DNA of 52,021 nucleotides from Candidatus Omnitrophota bacterium (GCA_028711575.1 JAQTSA010000001.1:1-52021); one strand, 5' to 3'; counted from the stretch's first letter, positions 34,120 through 44,536 are shown. The notes: generated from the letters alone by a model not told the origin. Program-made: numbers and translations.

Positions 34120-35486
34120 GTGCAATAACTTTTATTTTAATGATAAGCTTTCTTATTGTTGCTCACGAGTTCGGTCATTACCTTGCTGCCCGTAAATCAG
34201 GTGTTAAAGTTGAGAAGTTCGCGATCGGTTTTGGCCCGGCGGTTTTTACTATAAAAGGAAAAGAAACAAATTTTTCAATTTGTGTTTTTCCTCTTGGCGG
34301 TTATGTTAAAATGGCCGGCGATACAAGAGAAGAAAAAACCGGACGAAGTGATGAATTCCTTTCAAAACCGGCAGGGGTAAAGGCTTTAATAGTTTTTGCC
34401 GGGCCTTTTTTTAATTATATTTTTGCTTTCATTTTGTTTTGGGTGATTGCCTTTGTCGGTATGGATTATAATCATATCGATCCGGTGATCGGCGGAGTCA
34501 CTCCCGATTATCCGGCCCAGGAAGCAGGGATTCAAAAAGGCGATAAAATTTTGGCGGTTAACGGCCGTTCGGTCAAAGAATGGACTGAGTTACAGGATAT
34601 TGTACGTAAAAGTAAAAACAAGGTTTCTTTAAAGATCGACCGTCAAGGTAGTCAATTTGTCAAAGAAGTTTCTTTGAAAGACGGTGAAGATACCGATTTA
34701 CTGGGAAAACCAAAAACCGTTAAAATGATAGGCGCTCATCCTTATCAAAACACCAAAATCGGATATGTCGCCGATGATTACCCGGCAAAAAAAGCTGGTC
34801 TTAAAGAGGGCGACGAAATTCTTTCAGTAAATGGCATTGCTGTTGATCAGTGGCGGGAAATGACTGAAATTATCTGGGATAGTAAAGATAAAGTTTCTTT
34901 AGAAGTAAATCGACAAGGCGAAGTCTTTAGTTTAGATGTCGCGGTCAAAGAAGAAGAAGTTAAAGATAAAGATTCCAAAGTTGTAAAGCGGTCTTTTATT
35001 GGGATTGTGCCTACTGATGACATAAGGACCAAAAAATATAACATTTTTGAAGCTTTTTTAGTCGGTGCTAAACAGTTGTTTGAACTGACTTCGCTTATCG
35101 TTGTCGGATTTGTAGCTCTTTTTACCGGAGCTCTTCCTTTTAAAGACGCGGTTGCTGGACCGTTAGGTATTTATGGATATACTTCTGTTGCCGTTAAGGC
35201 CGGAATTGTAGCTGTTCTTCATTTAATGGCGGCCTTAAATATCAGTTTGGCGATAATAAATCTATTTCCTTTTCCGATACTTGACGGCGGACATTTAATG
35301 ATTTTTTTGGTTGAAAAAATAAGACGAAAACAGCTGGAGCTTAAGATTGAGGAAACTTTAAATCGTATTGGTCTTGTTGTTCTAGGTCTTTTCTTTGCTT
35401 TTGTGTTATTTAATGATGTACGAAAGATAGTCGAACGGGTGATTGATAAACAGGCTCAAACAATCGAATCGGCGCAGGAAAATTAA
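34113..35486 (+). CDS. rseP: Site-2 (RIP) zinc metalloprotease RseP
   Basis: HEFGHY zinc motif in TM1, two PDZ-like repeats (GIQKGDKILAVNG and GLKEGDEILSVNG), and NLFPFPILDGGH. Confidence 0.9.
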   Translation: MLSAITFILMISFLIVAHEFGHYLAARKSGVKVEKFAIGFGPAVFTIKGKETNFSICVFPLGGYVKMAGDTREEKTGRSDEFLSKPAGVKALIVFAGPFFNYIFAFILFWVIAFVGMDYNHIDPVIGGVTPDYPAQEAGIQKGDKILAVNGRSVKEWTELQDIVRKSKNKVSLKIDRQGSQFVKEVSLKDGEDTDLLGKPKTVKMIGAHPYQNTKIGYVADDYPAKKAGLKEGDEILSVNGIAVDQWREMTEIIWDSKDKVSLEVNRQGEVFSLDVAVKEEEVKDKDSKVVKRSFIGIVPTDDIRTKKYNIFEAFLVGAKQLFELTSLIVVGFVALFTGALPFKDAVAGPLGIYGYTSVAVKAGIVAVLHLMAALNISLAIINLFPFPILDGGHLMIFLVEKIRRKQLELKIEETLNRIGLVVLGLFFAFVLFNDVRKIVERVIDKQAQTIESAQEN

Positions 35487-35487
35487 G

Positions 35488-36534
35488 ATGAGTAAAACTG
35501 TTAAAATAAGAGATTTAAAAGTCGGGGGCAAAAACCCGGTCCGGATTAAGGGTATGCTTAAAACGCAGATAACTAACAAAAAAGGTTTGTTGCGGGAAGC
35601 TTTAGCCCTGCAAACTGAAGGCGCGGACGCGATTCGAGTAGCGGTTAAACGGGCGGAAGACGCTTCTATCGTTGGTGAATTAAAAAAGGTTGTTAAAGTG
35701 CCTTTAGTAGCTGACGTCCATTTTCATTATAAAACCGCTCTAGCAGCTATTGAGAGCGGTTTTGATTCGATACGCTGGAACCCTTTAAATATTACTGATA
35801 AAGACCAGGTCCGAACTGTAATTAAAGCGGCAAAAAAAGCTAAGGTTTCAATTCGTGTTGGGGTTAATTCCGGAGGATTTAAACAGCGGTTTGCTACTGA
35901 GCGCGATCTTGCTTTGGCGATGCTTGAAAAGATATCTGAATCGATTAATCTTCTTGAGGCTGAGAACTTTTTTGACATTATGGTTTCACTTAAAGCCTCG
36001 ACAGTTGACGCTACTGTTTTAGCTAATAGATTATTCAGGGAAAAATTTGATTATCCTTTACATCTTGGAGTAACAGCTACAGGGCCATTTGTTCCGGCAA
36101 TAGTTAAATCAGCAATTGGTATTGGAATGCTGCTAAAGGAGAATATCGGTGATGTTATTCGGGTTTCGTTGACTGGCCCTTCTTTTTGGGAGATCCGGGT
36201 CGCTAAATCAATTTTACAAGCGATCGGTAAGCTGGATGATTCGCCGGAAATAATATCTTGCCCGACTTGTTCACGCTGCCAGGTTGACTTAATTTCCCTT
36301 GTTGAGAACTTTGAAAAAGAGGTCTTGAATTGTAAAAAAAAGGGATATGTTTTTCCAAAAAAAATTGCCCTTATGGGTTGTGAAGTCAATGGCCCCGGCG
36401 AAGCTTGTCAGGCTGATATCGGCGTTGCTTTTGGAAAAGACAAAGGTTCCTTATTTAAAAAGGATAAGATTATCGGTTCGGTTAGCGCAAAAATCTCGAT
36501 GAAAAACCTTGTCAAAAAGTTGGGAGGTAAATAA
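35488..36534 (+). CDS. ispG: 4-hydroxy-3-methylbut-2-en-1-yl diphosphate synthase
   Basis: GcpE-type TIM region (IRVAV, VADVHF) and 4Fe-4S ligands ISCPTCSRC...GCEVNGPGEA. ATG 35488 is preferred over the track start 35443. Confidence 0.9.
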   Translation: MSKTVKIRDLKVGGKNPVRIKGMLKTQITNKKGLLREALALQTEGADAIRVAVKRAEDASIVGELKKVVKVPLVADVHFHYKTALAAIESGFDSIRWNPLNITDKDQVRTVIKAAKKAKVSIRVGVNSGGFKQRFATERDLALAMLEKISESINLLEAENFFDIMVSLKASTVDATVLANRLFREKFDYPLHLGVTATGPFVPAIVKSAIGIGMLLKENIGDVIRVSLTGPSFWEIRVAKSILQAIGKLDDSPEIISCPTCSRCQVDLISLVENFEKEVLNCKKKGYVFPKKIALMGCEVNGPGEACQADIGVAFGKDKGSLFKKDKIIGSVSAKISMKNLVKKLGGK

Positions 36535-37781
36535 TGGAGACAAAAGATATCAAAAAAGATCTTCGTCGCGAGTTGAGTTTTACCTTGGGGAAAAACCAAA
36601 AACTGACGAAAGAGATGATTGAAGATAGAATCTCAAAAATATTTGATTTTTGGGCAAAGGAAAAAGCCCGCTCGTTGCCGGAAGACGTTAAGCTGCAGGT
36701 CGTTTCTGAATTGTGCGATGAGTTTTTAGGTTGGGGACCGCTGCAGCCTTTGATGGAAGACCCGAATGTGACTGAGATTATGGTTAACGGGCCGGAACAG
36801 GTTTTCATTGAAAAACATGGTTTAAAAACTACAACTGACATTAAGTTTGATGATGAAGCTCACTTGCGTCACCTGGTTGAAAAGGCGATACATCCTACCG
36901 GACGTAGAGTGGATGAGTCATACCCTTACGTTGATTTTTCCTTAAACGATGGTTCGCGTATCAATGTGATCATTCCGCCTTTATCGGTTGGCGGCTCAAC
37001 CGTTACAATACGAAAATTTTTGAAGTCAATCAGCAGGATTGATGATTTGGTATCTCTTGGTACGATTGATAACCGAATGGCCGAGTTTCTTGTCTCTTGT
37101 CTTAAGGGAAAAGTTAACATTCTTTTTTCCGGTGCCACCGGAGCCGGGAAAACAACTACTTTAGAAGTTCTGACCAATTATCTTAATCCTCAGGAAAGAA
37201 TTATTGTTATTGAAGATACCTTGGAGTTGACATTAAATCAGGAACATACCGTACGGCTTCTCACCCGTCCGCCGAATATTGAGGGCCGCGGTGAAGTAAC
37301 TATTCGCGATATTTTTATCAATACTTTGAGGATGCGTCCGACCCGGATAGTTCTTGGTGAAATCAGGGGCGCTGAGGCAATGGATTATCTCCAGGCTCTA
37401 AATAGCGGTCACCGGGGATGTTTAGCGGTTATACACGCCTCAAGCCCTTATGATTCTTTGACTCGCCTTGAGACTATGGCGTTGTACGCTGGGTTGTATA
37501 TGCCGGTTTGGGCGGTACGTAAACAAATAGCTTCCGGGGTTGATTTAATCGTTCAGCATAGTCAGTTGCTTGACGGTACTAGAAAAATAACCCATATCAC
37601 TGAGGTTGATAAAATGGAGGGCGATGATATAATCTTGCGTGATCTTTTCCGTTATGAGATCGAAGGCGTTGATTCAAACGGCCAAGTCCAGGGTAAATTT
37701 GTAGCTAAAAATGTGCCGAATTTCTTTTCTACATTTAAGAGTAGAGGCATAAAAATGAGTGAGGATCTTTTTAAGGAATGA
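36534..37781 (+). CDS. CpaF/TadA-family type II/IV secretion (Tad pilus) ATPase
   Basis: VNGPEQVFIEKHG, Walker A GATGAGKTT, RMRPTRIVLGEIRGAEA and SGHRGCLAVIHASS. The start overlaps the ispG stop (TAATG). Confidence 0.9.
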   Translation: METKDIKKDLRRELSFTLGKNQKLTKEMIEDRISKIFDFWAKEKARSLPEDVKLQVVSELCDEFLGWGPLQPLMEDPNVTEIMVNGPEQVFIEKHGLKTTTDIKFDDEAHLRHLVEKAIHPTGRRVDESYPYVDFSLNDGSRINVIIPPLSVGGSTVTIRKFLKSISRIDDLVSLGTIDNRMAEFLVSCLKGKVNILFSGATGAGKTTTLEVLTNYLNPQERIIVIEDTLELTLNQEHTVRLLTRPPNIEGRGEVTIRDIFINTLRMRPTRIVLGEIRGAEAMDYLQALNSGHRGCLAVIHASSPYDSLTRLETMALYAGLYMPVWAVRKQIASGVDLIVQHSQLLDGTRKITHITEVDKMEGDDIILRDLFRYEIEGVDSNGQVQGKFVAKNVPNFFSTFKSRGIKMSEDLFKE

Positions 37782-37811
37782 GATATCGTCTAGAGCTTTT
37801 TGGGAGGAGTT

Positions 37812-39044
37812 ATGGATTTTTTTTCAAAATCATTTATACCGACGACAAAAGAAACACCTAAAGGCGCAGAAGCCAAAAGTCATATCTTAAGTGTCCGGGC
37901 GGGGATGCTTTTTACGCCTTCGGCGGGGATATATTCTTATTTGCCTTTAGGGTATAAGGTTTTACGAAGAATAGAAAATATTATCAGAGAACGGATGAAC
38001 CTTGCCGGAGCTCAGGAGATTTTTATGTCGGCTTTACAGCCGCTTGAAATATGGCAAGTTACCGGAAGAGACCAGACTTTAGCTGATGTTATGATAAAGT
38101 TTAAAGACCGTCGCGGTCGAAATCTCTGTTTAGGGCCGACCCATGAAGAAATGATAACAGAGATAGCCAAAAAATATGTTTCTTCATATAAACAACTGCC
38201 CTTTACCTTGTATCAGATCCAGACAAAGTTTCGGGATGAGCTTCGTCCCCGGCATGGACTGATGCGCGGTTGTGAGTTCATGATGAAAGATGCTTACAGC
38301 TTTGATGCTGATCAAGACGGTTTAGACAAAAGCTATGACATAATGTTTAACGCTTATAACGATATCTTTTCTGAATGCGGATTGGATTTTATTTCAACTT
38401 CGGCCGATTCCGGCGCTATGGGCGGAAGCGTTTCACATGAGTTTATGGTTTGCGCTGAGATCGGAGAAGATGTGATGTTTCGTTGTCTGGACTGTAACAG
38501 TTATTTACGCCAACCAGGAACTTGTTCATCTTGCGGCGCTAAATTAGAAGAATGCCGGATGATTGAAGTCGGTCATGTTTTTAAGCTGGGGACAAAGTAT
38601 TCATCGCTTCAAGGTGCCGTTTTTCTTGACGCTAAAGGAGTTCAGCAAACACTGATTATGGGCTGTTACGGTATTGGGGTTAGCCGGTTGGTTTCGGCTA
38701 TAATTGAAACAAATTGCGATGATTCCGGTATTATTTGGCCTAAATCTGTCGCGCCTTACGCGGCGACAGTTGTTGTTTTAGACGACAGTTTAATCCCTCA
38801 GGCGACAGCTTTGGCTTTGGAACTCAAAAAGTATGGTTTAGATGTACTTATCGATGATCGTAAAGAAAGTGCCGGGCGAAAGTTCAATGATGCTCTTTTA
38901 ATCGGTAATCCTTATACTTTAGTTTTTGGGAAAAGCTTTAAAAATTCAGAGAAGATTGAACTGGAAGATCGAAGAACAAAAGAAAAAATGAGTCTATCAC
39001 AAGAAGAGCTGTTAAATTTTTTAAAGAAATCTTATAATGTCTAA
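37812..39044 (+). CDS. proS: Prolyl-tRNA synthetase, bacterial-type but lacking the INS editing domain
   Basis: FIPTTKETPKGAEAKSHILSVRAG, FMMKDAYSF and GCYGIGVSR. Only about 30 aa, including CLDC...CSSC, sit where the ~180-aa INS domain normally lies. ATG 37812 follows GGGAGGAG. Confidence 0.9.
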   Translation: MDFFSKSFIPTTKETPKGAEAKSHILSVRAGMLFTPSAGIYSYLPLGYKVLRRIENIIRERMNLAGAQEIFMSALQPLEIWQVTGRDQTLADVMIKFKDRRGRNLCLGPTHEEMITEIAKKYVSSYKQLPFTLYQIQTKFRDELRPRHGLMRGCEFMMKDAYSFDADQDGLDKSYDIMFNAYNDIFSECGLDFISTSADSGAMGGSVSHEFMVCAEIGEDVMFRCLDCNSYLRQPGTCSSCGAKLEECRMIEVGHVFKLGTKYSSLQGAVFLDAKGVQQTLIMGCYGIGVSRLVSAIIETNCDDSGIIWPKSVAPYAATVVVLDDSLIPQATALALELKKYGLDVLIDDRKESAGRKFNDALLIGNPYTLVFGKSFKNSEKIELEDRRTKEKMSLSQEELLNFLKKSYNV

Positions 39045-39501
39045 ACTCCAAGATAGTTTAAGATCGAAAACGCTTGAGTTCCTTAATCAGTCAGGGCTGG
39101 ACTTAATTGAGTTTAAAGTTACTTTATACCAGAATAAAAAAACAGTTGAATGTTTGATAGATTATCCCCAGGGAGGGGTGACAGTTACAGAATGTTCTAA
39201 ACTGAATAAAAGGATAGTCGCTTTTCTTGATGAAACAAATCTTTTTGGCACAAACTTTGTTGTTGAAGTTAATTCTCCCGGGTTGGACCGGACTTTGAAG
39301 AATTATAAGGATTTTTTAAGAAATAAGGGTAAAGAAATTTGTCTTTGGCTGAACGAATCCATCGACGGTAAAGATTACGTCGAAGGCTTATTGATTGATA
39401 TAACTGAGAGCGAGCTTGTTGTTAATAGTGACAATCAAAGTTTAAAGATCGGGATTGATTTAGTCAAAACCGGGAAGTTAAAGATAAATTGGAAAAAATA
39501 A
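39037..39501 (+). CDS. rimP: Ribosome maturation factor RimP
   Basis: VEVNSPGLDRTL motif. Located upstream of nusA-infB (conserved synteny). Confidence 0.85.
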   Translation: MSKLQDSLRSKTLEFLNQSGLDLIEFKVTLYQNKKTVECLIDYPQGGVTVTECSKLNKRIVAFLDETNLFGTNFVVEVNSPGLDRTLKNYKDFLRNKGKEICLWLNESIDGKDYVEGLLIDITESELVVNSDNQSLKIGIDLVKTGKLKINWKK

Positions 39502-39541
39502 AATAAATAAAAGATTTTAATTTAAGAGGAGGGATCATACA

Positions 39542-40729
39542 GTGAACAAAGAATTTTTAACAGTTATCGGACAATTAGAGCGGGAAAAGGGTGTTTCCAG
39601 AGATGTCCTTTTAGAAGCTGTAAAACATGCCTTAGCTATCGCGGCAAAGAAGGTCTATAAGATTTCTAATAATGAAGAAGAAAGCGGTGATGTTAAAGTT
39701 GAGATAGACCCAACTAAAGGTGATATAAAGGTTTTTATTGACGGGGAAGAAATCGTCTCTAAAGAGTTTGGCCGGATCGCGGCACAGACGGCTCGTCAGG
39801 TTATAATTCAAAAGATACGTGAGGCAGAAAAAGATAATACCTATAAAGATTTTAAAGATAAAGAAGGTTCTATCGTCAGCGGTGTGGTTTATCGGATGGA
39901 GAAGAAAGCTGTTATTCTTGACATTATGGGTAAAGGTGAAGGGATTATTCCCAACTCATTTTTGTCGCCGCTGGATAAGTTTCGGATGGGTGAGCGGGTC
40001 AAGGCGTATGTCTATGAGGTAAAGAAAGATAAGGGGGTACAGATAATCCTTTCCCGGCGGCATGAAGCGTTGGTTCGTAAATTATTTGAGCTTGAAGTTC
40101 CGGAGATATTTGAAGGTATAGTTGAAGTAAAGTCCATCGCACGAGAAGCCGGTGAACGTACTAAGATCGCGGTGTTTTCCAAAGATGATAAAGTTGATTG
40201 TGTCGGCGCTTGTGTCGGAATTCGCGGGGCTAGAGTTAAAAATACAATCGATGAGTTACGCGGCGAGAAAATTGACATTGTTCGCTGGGGTGACGATATA
40301 AAAGAGTTTATTAAACAGGCGTTACAGCCGGCAGCAATTTTGAGAATCGATCTTGACCGTGAGAATAAACGAGCCAAAGTAATCGTCGCGCCTGACCAAT
40401 TATCTTTGGCGATAGGTAAACGCGGTCAAAATGTTCGTCTGGCGTCTAAACTAGTGGGCTGGGAAATAGATGTAAGGTCCAAAGAACTGATTGAGACAGC
40501 AATAAAAACTTTGTCAACAATGAAAAGTGTTGGCGCTAAAAGCGCGGTTCATATAGTTGATTACGGGTTTATGACGGTTGAATCTTTGGCTCGAGCTAAA
40601 GCTGATGATTTGGCTACTCTTAAAGGTATTGGCCCTAAAAAAGCGGCTCAGATTATTGAGGAGGCAATTCAAATGTCTAAAACTGCTTCCAAAGTGCGAG
40701 CTGATAAAACAAAAGAGGCCGGCAGTTAA
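39542..40729 (+). CDS. nusA: Transcription termination/antitermination factor NusA
   Basis: FGRIAAQTARQVIIQKIREAE, an S1 domain, two KH domains (GACVGIRGARV and AIGKRGQNVRLASKL) and a C-terminal HhH. Starts with GTG after AGAGGAGGG. Confidence 0.95.
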   Translation: MNKEFLTVIGQLEREKGVSRDVLLEAVKHALAIAAKKVYKISNNEEESGDVKVEIDPTKGDIKVFIDGEEIVSKEFGRIAAQTARQVIIQKIREAEKDNTYKDFKDKEGSIVSGVVYRMEKKAVILDIMGKGEGIIPNSFLSPLDKFRMGERVKAYVYEVKKDKGVQIILSRRHEALVRKLFELEVPEIFEGIVEVKSIAREAGERTKIAVFSKDDKVDCVGACVGIRGARVKNTIDELRGEKIDIVRWGDDIKEFIKQALQPAAILRIDLDRENKRAKVIVAPDQLSLAIGKRGQNVRLASKLVGWEIDVRSKELIETAIKTLSTMKSVGAKSAVHIVDYGFMTVESLARAKADDLATLKGIGPKKAAQIIEEAIQMSKTASKVRADKTKEAGS

Positions 40730-40812
40730 GCTGACAACAATTTTTTTTAAAATAGATGGTAATGATAAAAAAAGTAGATTGTTTCAAGACAAGAAAGGTA
40801 GAGTGATAGCCG

Positions 40813-42720
40813 ATGAGAATTTATGAATTAGCCAAACAATTAGGTATTGATAGTAAAGAGTTAGTCGAGAAACTCAAAGAACTCAATTTTCCCGTAAAAA
40901 ATCATATGTCCAGCGTAGACAAAGAGACCGCCGAGATTATTGAGCATGAAATAGTAAATATTCAGGAAAAAGAAATAACTGATAATGTTATTGAAGTTGA
41001 TTTTCCTATAACCGTTAAAGATTTAGCTATTAAATTAGGTAAAAAACCTTCAGAATTATTATCTGATTTGATGAAAGAAGGTAAATTCCTAAATATTAAT
41101 TATAATCTTAACGAGGAACTGGCTTCCTCAATAGCTTATAAATATAAAGCTAATTTGAAGAATCGGCCGTCTAAAGAGGACAAGATCTTAACGGTTGATT
41201 CCAAGAATTTAAAGCTTCGCGCTCCGATCGTTACCCTGATGGGGCATATCGATCATGGTAAAACCAGTATTCTCGATTATATACGTAAAAGCCGAATCGC
41301 TGACCGGGAAACTGGCGGTATTACTCAGCATATCGGCGCTTATCAGGTTGATATAAGTAAAGGTAAAATAACTTTTCTTGATACACCGGGCCATGAGACT
41401 TTTACAGCGATGCGGGCCCGGGGCGCGAACGCTACCGATATTGTAATAATCGTTGTCTCTGCCGATGAAGGAATTAAACCGCAGACAGTGGAAGCGATTG
41501 ACCATGCCAAAGCATCGGGGGCGCCGATAATTGTCGCGATCAACAAAATTGATCGCCCTAACGCTAATGTTGATATGGTTAAACAACAATTATCTAAATA
41601 TGACCTTGTCCCCGAAGATTGGGGAGGCAAAACCAGCACGGTTAATTTATCGGCAAAAACCGGTGAAGGAATAGATGATTTACTGGAAATGATTGCTCTT
41701 CACGCCGAAATTATGGAATTAAAAGCTGACTTTGACCGATCGGCCGTAGCTGTTGTTGTTGAAGCCCGTCTATCAAAAGGTAAGGGTCCGCTGGTTGCGG
41801 TTTTGGTCAGAGAAGGAATATTAAAGAACGCGGCTTGGGTTGTTTGCGGAATGTTTATGGGGAGAATTAAAGCGATGCATAATGATCGCGGTGAAGTTGT
41901 GAATCAAGCCGAACCGTCGTTTCCGGTTGAGCTTTTGGGGCTAAACGGTGTCCCGAATCCGGGAGATCAACTTTTTGTCGTTCCTGACGAGAAAAGCGCC
42001 CGGGAAATAGTTGAGAAACGTAAAGATGAAGAACAAAGGAAAAAACTTATCCCGCCGGCACATATGAAGCTGGAAGACTTATACAAGAAAGTTGAAGCCG
42101 GAGAAGCAAAACAACTTAAAGTTATTTTGAAAGCCGATGTCGGCGGAACGCTGGAAGCGGTGGAAGGGGCTTTGCTAAAGATTGAATCTAAGGAAGTAGA
42201 GTTATTTGTTATGCATAAAGGCGTCGGCGCGGTTAATTCTTCCGACGTATTGTTGGCCGAGGTAAGCGATTCGATTATCGTCGGCTTTAAGGTCACAATG
42301 GAGTCTTCAACCAGAGAGTTAGCGCGTCAAAAAGGCATTGAAGTCAGGGTTTACCAGATAATTTATGAGTTGATCGATGATGTTAAAGCGGCGTTAGAAG
42401 GATTGCTTACACCGCAAATTAAACGGGTGTTTTTAGGCCGGGCTCGTGTTAAGTCAGTTTTCAAACTTACCAAATCCGGTATTATTGCCGGTTGTATGGT
42501 AGAGAAAGGCAAAATACTCAGGAACGCGGTCGCTCATCTTTTTCGCGGCAATGAGGTTATTCATGAAGGTAAAGTCGTATCGCTTAAACGCTTTAAAGAT
42601 GATGTTAAAGAAGTCGCGGAAAAATTTGAGTGCGGAATCGGCATTGGTTATGAAAAAATTCAGCCTGATGATGTGATTGATGTCTTTTCAGAAGAAGTAA
42701 TAACAAGACGGCTAAAATAA
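40813..42720 (+). CDS. infB: Translation initiation factor IF-2
   Basis: MRIYELAKQLGI N-terminal domain and GTPase motifs GHIDHGKTS, DTPGHETF and NKID. Confidence 0.95.
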   Translation: MRIYELAKQLGIDSKELVEKLKELNFPVKNHMSSVDKETAEIIEHEIVNIQEKEITDNVIEVDFPITVKDLAIKLGKKPSELLSDLMKEGKFLNINYNLNEELASSIAYKYKANLKNRPSKEDKILTVDSKNLKLRAPIVTLMGHIDHGKTSILDYIRKSRIADRETGGITQHIGAYQVDISKGKITFLDTPGHETFTAMRARGANATDIVIIVVSADEGIKPQTVEAIDHAKASGAPIIVAINKIDRPNANVDMVKQQLSKYDLVPEDWGGKTSTVNLSAKTGEGIDDLLEMIALHAEIMELKADFDRSAVAVVVEARLSKGKGPLVAVLVREGILKNAAWVVCGMFMGRIKAMHNDRGEVVNQAEPSFPVELLGLNGVPNPGDQLFVVPDEKSAREIVEKRKDEEQRKKLIPPAHMKLEDLYKKVEAGEAKQLKVILKADVGGTLEAVEGALLKIESKEVELFVMHKGVGAVNSSDVLLAEVSDSIIVGFKVTMESSTRELARQKGIEVRVYQIIYELIDDVKAALEGLLTPQIKRVFLGRARVKSVFKLTKSGIIAGCMVEKGKILRNAVAHLFRGNEVIHEGKVVSLKRFKDDVKEVAEKFECGIGIGYEKIQPDDVIDVFSEEVITRRLK

Positions 42721-42774
42721 TTTTACCGTTTTTTAAGGTGAATATTTTATACTGATAATTTGCTATTAGGAATT

Positions 42775-43758
42775 ATGGATAAAAAAATAATTTTAAGCGG
42801 AATGCGGCCGACAGGAAAACTTCATATCGGCCATTGGGTTGGCGCCCTTTCTAATTGGGTCCAGCTGCAAAAGGACTATACTTGTTTTTTTATGGTTGCC
42901 GACTGGCATTCCTTGATGAGCGAATATAAATTTCCCGAGCAGTTAAAAGAGTATGTTTTTGATAACGTTTGCGACTGGCTGTCTTTTGGTATTGACCCGG
43001 AAAGTTCAGCGGTTTTTGTTCAGTCAGAAGTTCCCGAACATCTTGAGTTGTTTTTTATTTTGAGTGTTTTGACTCCTTTAGGCTGGCTTTATCGTTGTCC
43101 GACTTATAAAGACCAGATCAAACAGCTCCAGGAAAAAGAAGTTAATACTTATTCTTTTCTAGGCTATCCGGTTCTTCAGGCGGCAGATATTCTTATCTAT
43201 AAAGCCACTCATGTGCCGGTAGGGCAAGATCAGTTACCGCATTTAGAGTTGTGCCGGGAAATAGCGCGTAAGTTTAATTTCCTTTATAAGAAAGATGTTT
43301 TAGTCCAACCTCAGGCTTTGTTGACCAAAGATTCGCGTCTTCTTGGTCTAGACGGCCGGAAAATGAGTAAAAGTTACGGTAACTCGATTTATCTTGACGA
43401 TTCTGATGAGGAAATAGATAAAAAGGTGATGTCAATGATTACTGACCCGGCACGAATAAAAAAAGATGATCCCGGGCACCCGGAAGTCTGTAATGTGTTT
43501 AGCTATTACAAAGTTTTTTCTCCCCAGCGAGTTGAAGATGCAGCTGATTGGTGTTCTAACGCAAAAAAAGGCTGTGTTGCCTGTAAACGCGAGCTTGCTG
43601 AAAGCTTAAAAGTTTTTTTAGCTCCGTCGCGGGAAAAAAAGAAAGAAATCTTAAAGAAAAAAGATTACATCTATGATATACTGAAAACCGGAAGAAAGAA
43701 AGCTCAAAGCGCAGCTTTAACTACTGTTAATGAAGTGAAAAAAGCTATGAATCTTTAG
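42775..43758 (+). CDS. trpS: Tryptophanyl-tRNA synthetase
   Basis: GKLHIGHW (HIGH), KMSKS and GQDQLPHLEL. ATG 42775 is preferred over the track start 42760. Confidence 0.95.
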   Translation: MDKKIILSGMRPTGKLHIGHWVGALSNWVQLQKDYTCFFMVADWHSLMSEYKFPEQLKEYVFDNVCDWLSFGIDPESSAVFVQSEVPEHLELFFILSVLTPLGWLYRCPTYKDQIKQLQEKEVNTYSFLGYPVLQAADILIYKATHVPVGQDQLPHLELCREIARKFNFLYKKDVLVQPQALLTKDSRLLGLDGRKMSKSYGNSIYLDDSDEEIDKKVMSMITDPARIKKDDPGHPEVCNVFSYYKVFSPQRVEDAADWCSNAKKGCVACKRELAESLKVFLAPSREKKKEILKKKDYIYDILKTGRKKAQSAALTTVNEVKKAMNL

Positions 43759-43796
43759 CCGAAACAGTTTCAAAATCAGCAATTTTAAAGATTACA

Positions 43797-44513
43797 ATGA
43801 AAATTAGACTTGATATTTTTGAAGGCCCGCTGGACTTACTTCTTTATCTGATAAAGAAGAGTCATCTTAACGTCTACGATATTCCAATAACAAATGTTGT
43901 TGATCAGTATATTCAGTTTCTGGATTTGATGAAGCTTTTAGACATTAATTTGGCTTCGGAATACCTGGTGATGGCGGCAACTCTTATCAGTATTAAATCT
44001 AAAATGCTTCTTCCCCGGCTTGAAACTGAAGATGGTGAAGAAGAAGTCGATCCAAGAGATGAGTTGGTTCAGAAACTTCTGGAATATGAAAAGTTCAAAG
44101 ATGCCGCTGATTTTTTAAAAGAAAAGGAACGGGAAAGATTAAAATATATAACTCGGCCTCAAAACACACAAATGCCTAAGGAAGTTTATATTGAAGCGTC
44201 GATTTTTGATTTGATCAGCGCCTTTAAGTCGGCGCTTAAAGATGTTCCCCGGGAAATATTTTTTGAGATTATAAAGGATGAGTATACTGTAGAAGAAAAA
44301 ATACATAGTATAGTTCATATGCTTCTTAAGGGCAAAAAAATAGCTCTCGATGAGCTGTTTGCTCAAGCCCGCAGTAAGATCGAAATAGTTGTTACCTTTT
44401 TAGCCATTTTAGAACTTATAAAACTTCGGGAAATAGTTGCCGTTCAGGAGAATCTTTTTGACTCAATTATTATCGCTCGTCGGGAAAGTCTGATGAGTGA
44501 AGTTAACGGTTAA
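43797..44513 (+). CDS. scpA: Segregation and condensation protein A
   Basis: The FEGPLDLLLYLIKK N-terminal motif is typical of ScpA. Confidence 0.9.
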   Translation: MKIRLDIFEGPLDLLLYLIKKSHLNVYDIPITNVVDQYIQFLDLMKLLDINLASEYLVMAATLISIKSKMLLPRLETEDGEEEVDPRDELVQKLLEYEKFKDAADFLKEKERERLKYITRPQNTQMPKEVYIEASIFDLISAFKSALKDVPREIFFEIIKDEYTVEEKIHSIVHMLLKGKKIALDELFAQARSKIEIVVTFLAILELIKLREIVAVQENLFDSIIIARRESLMSEVNG

Positions 44514-44536
44514 ATAAATCTTGCCTTTATCTGTTT

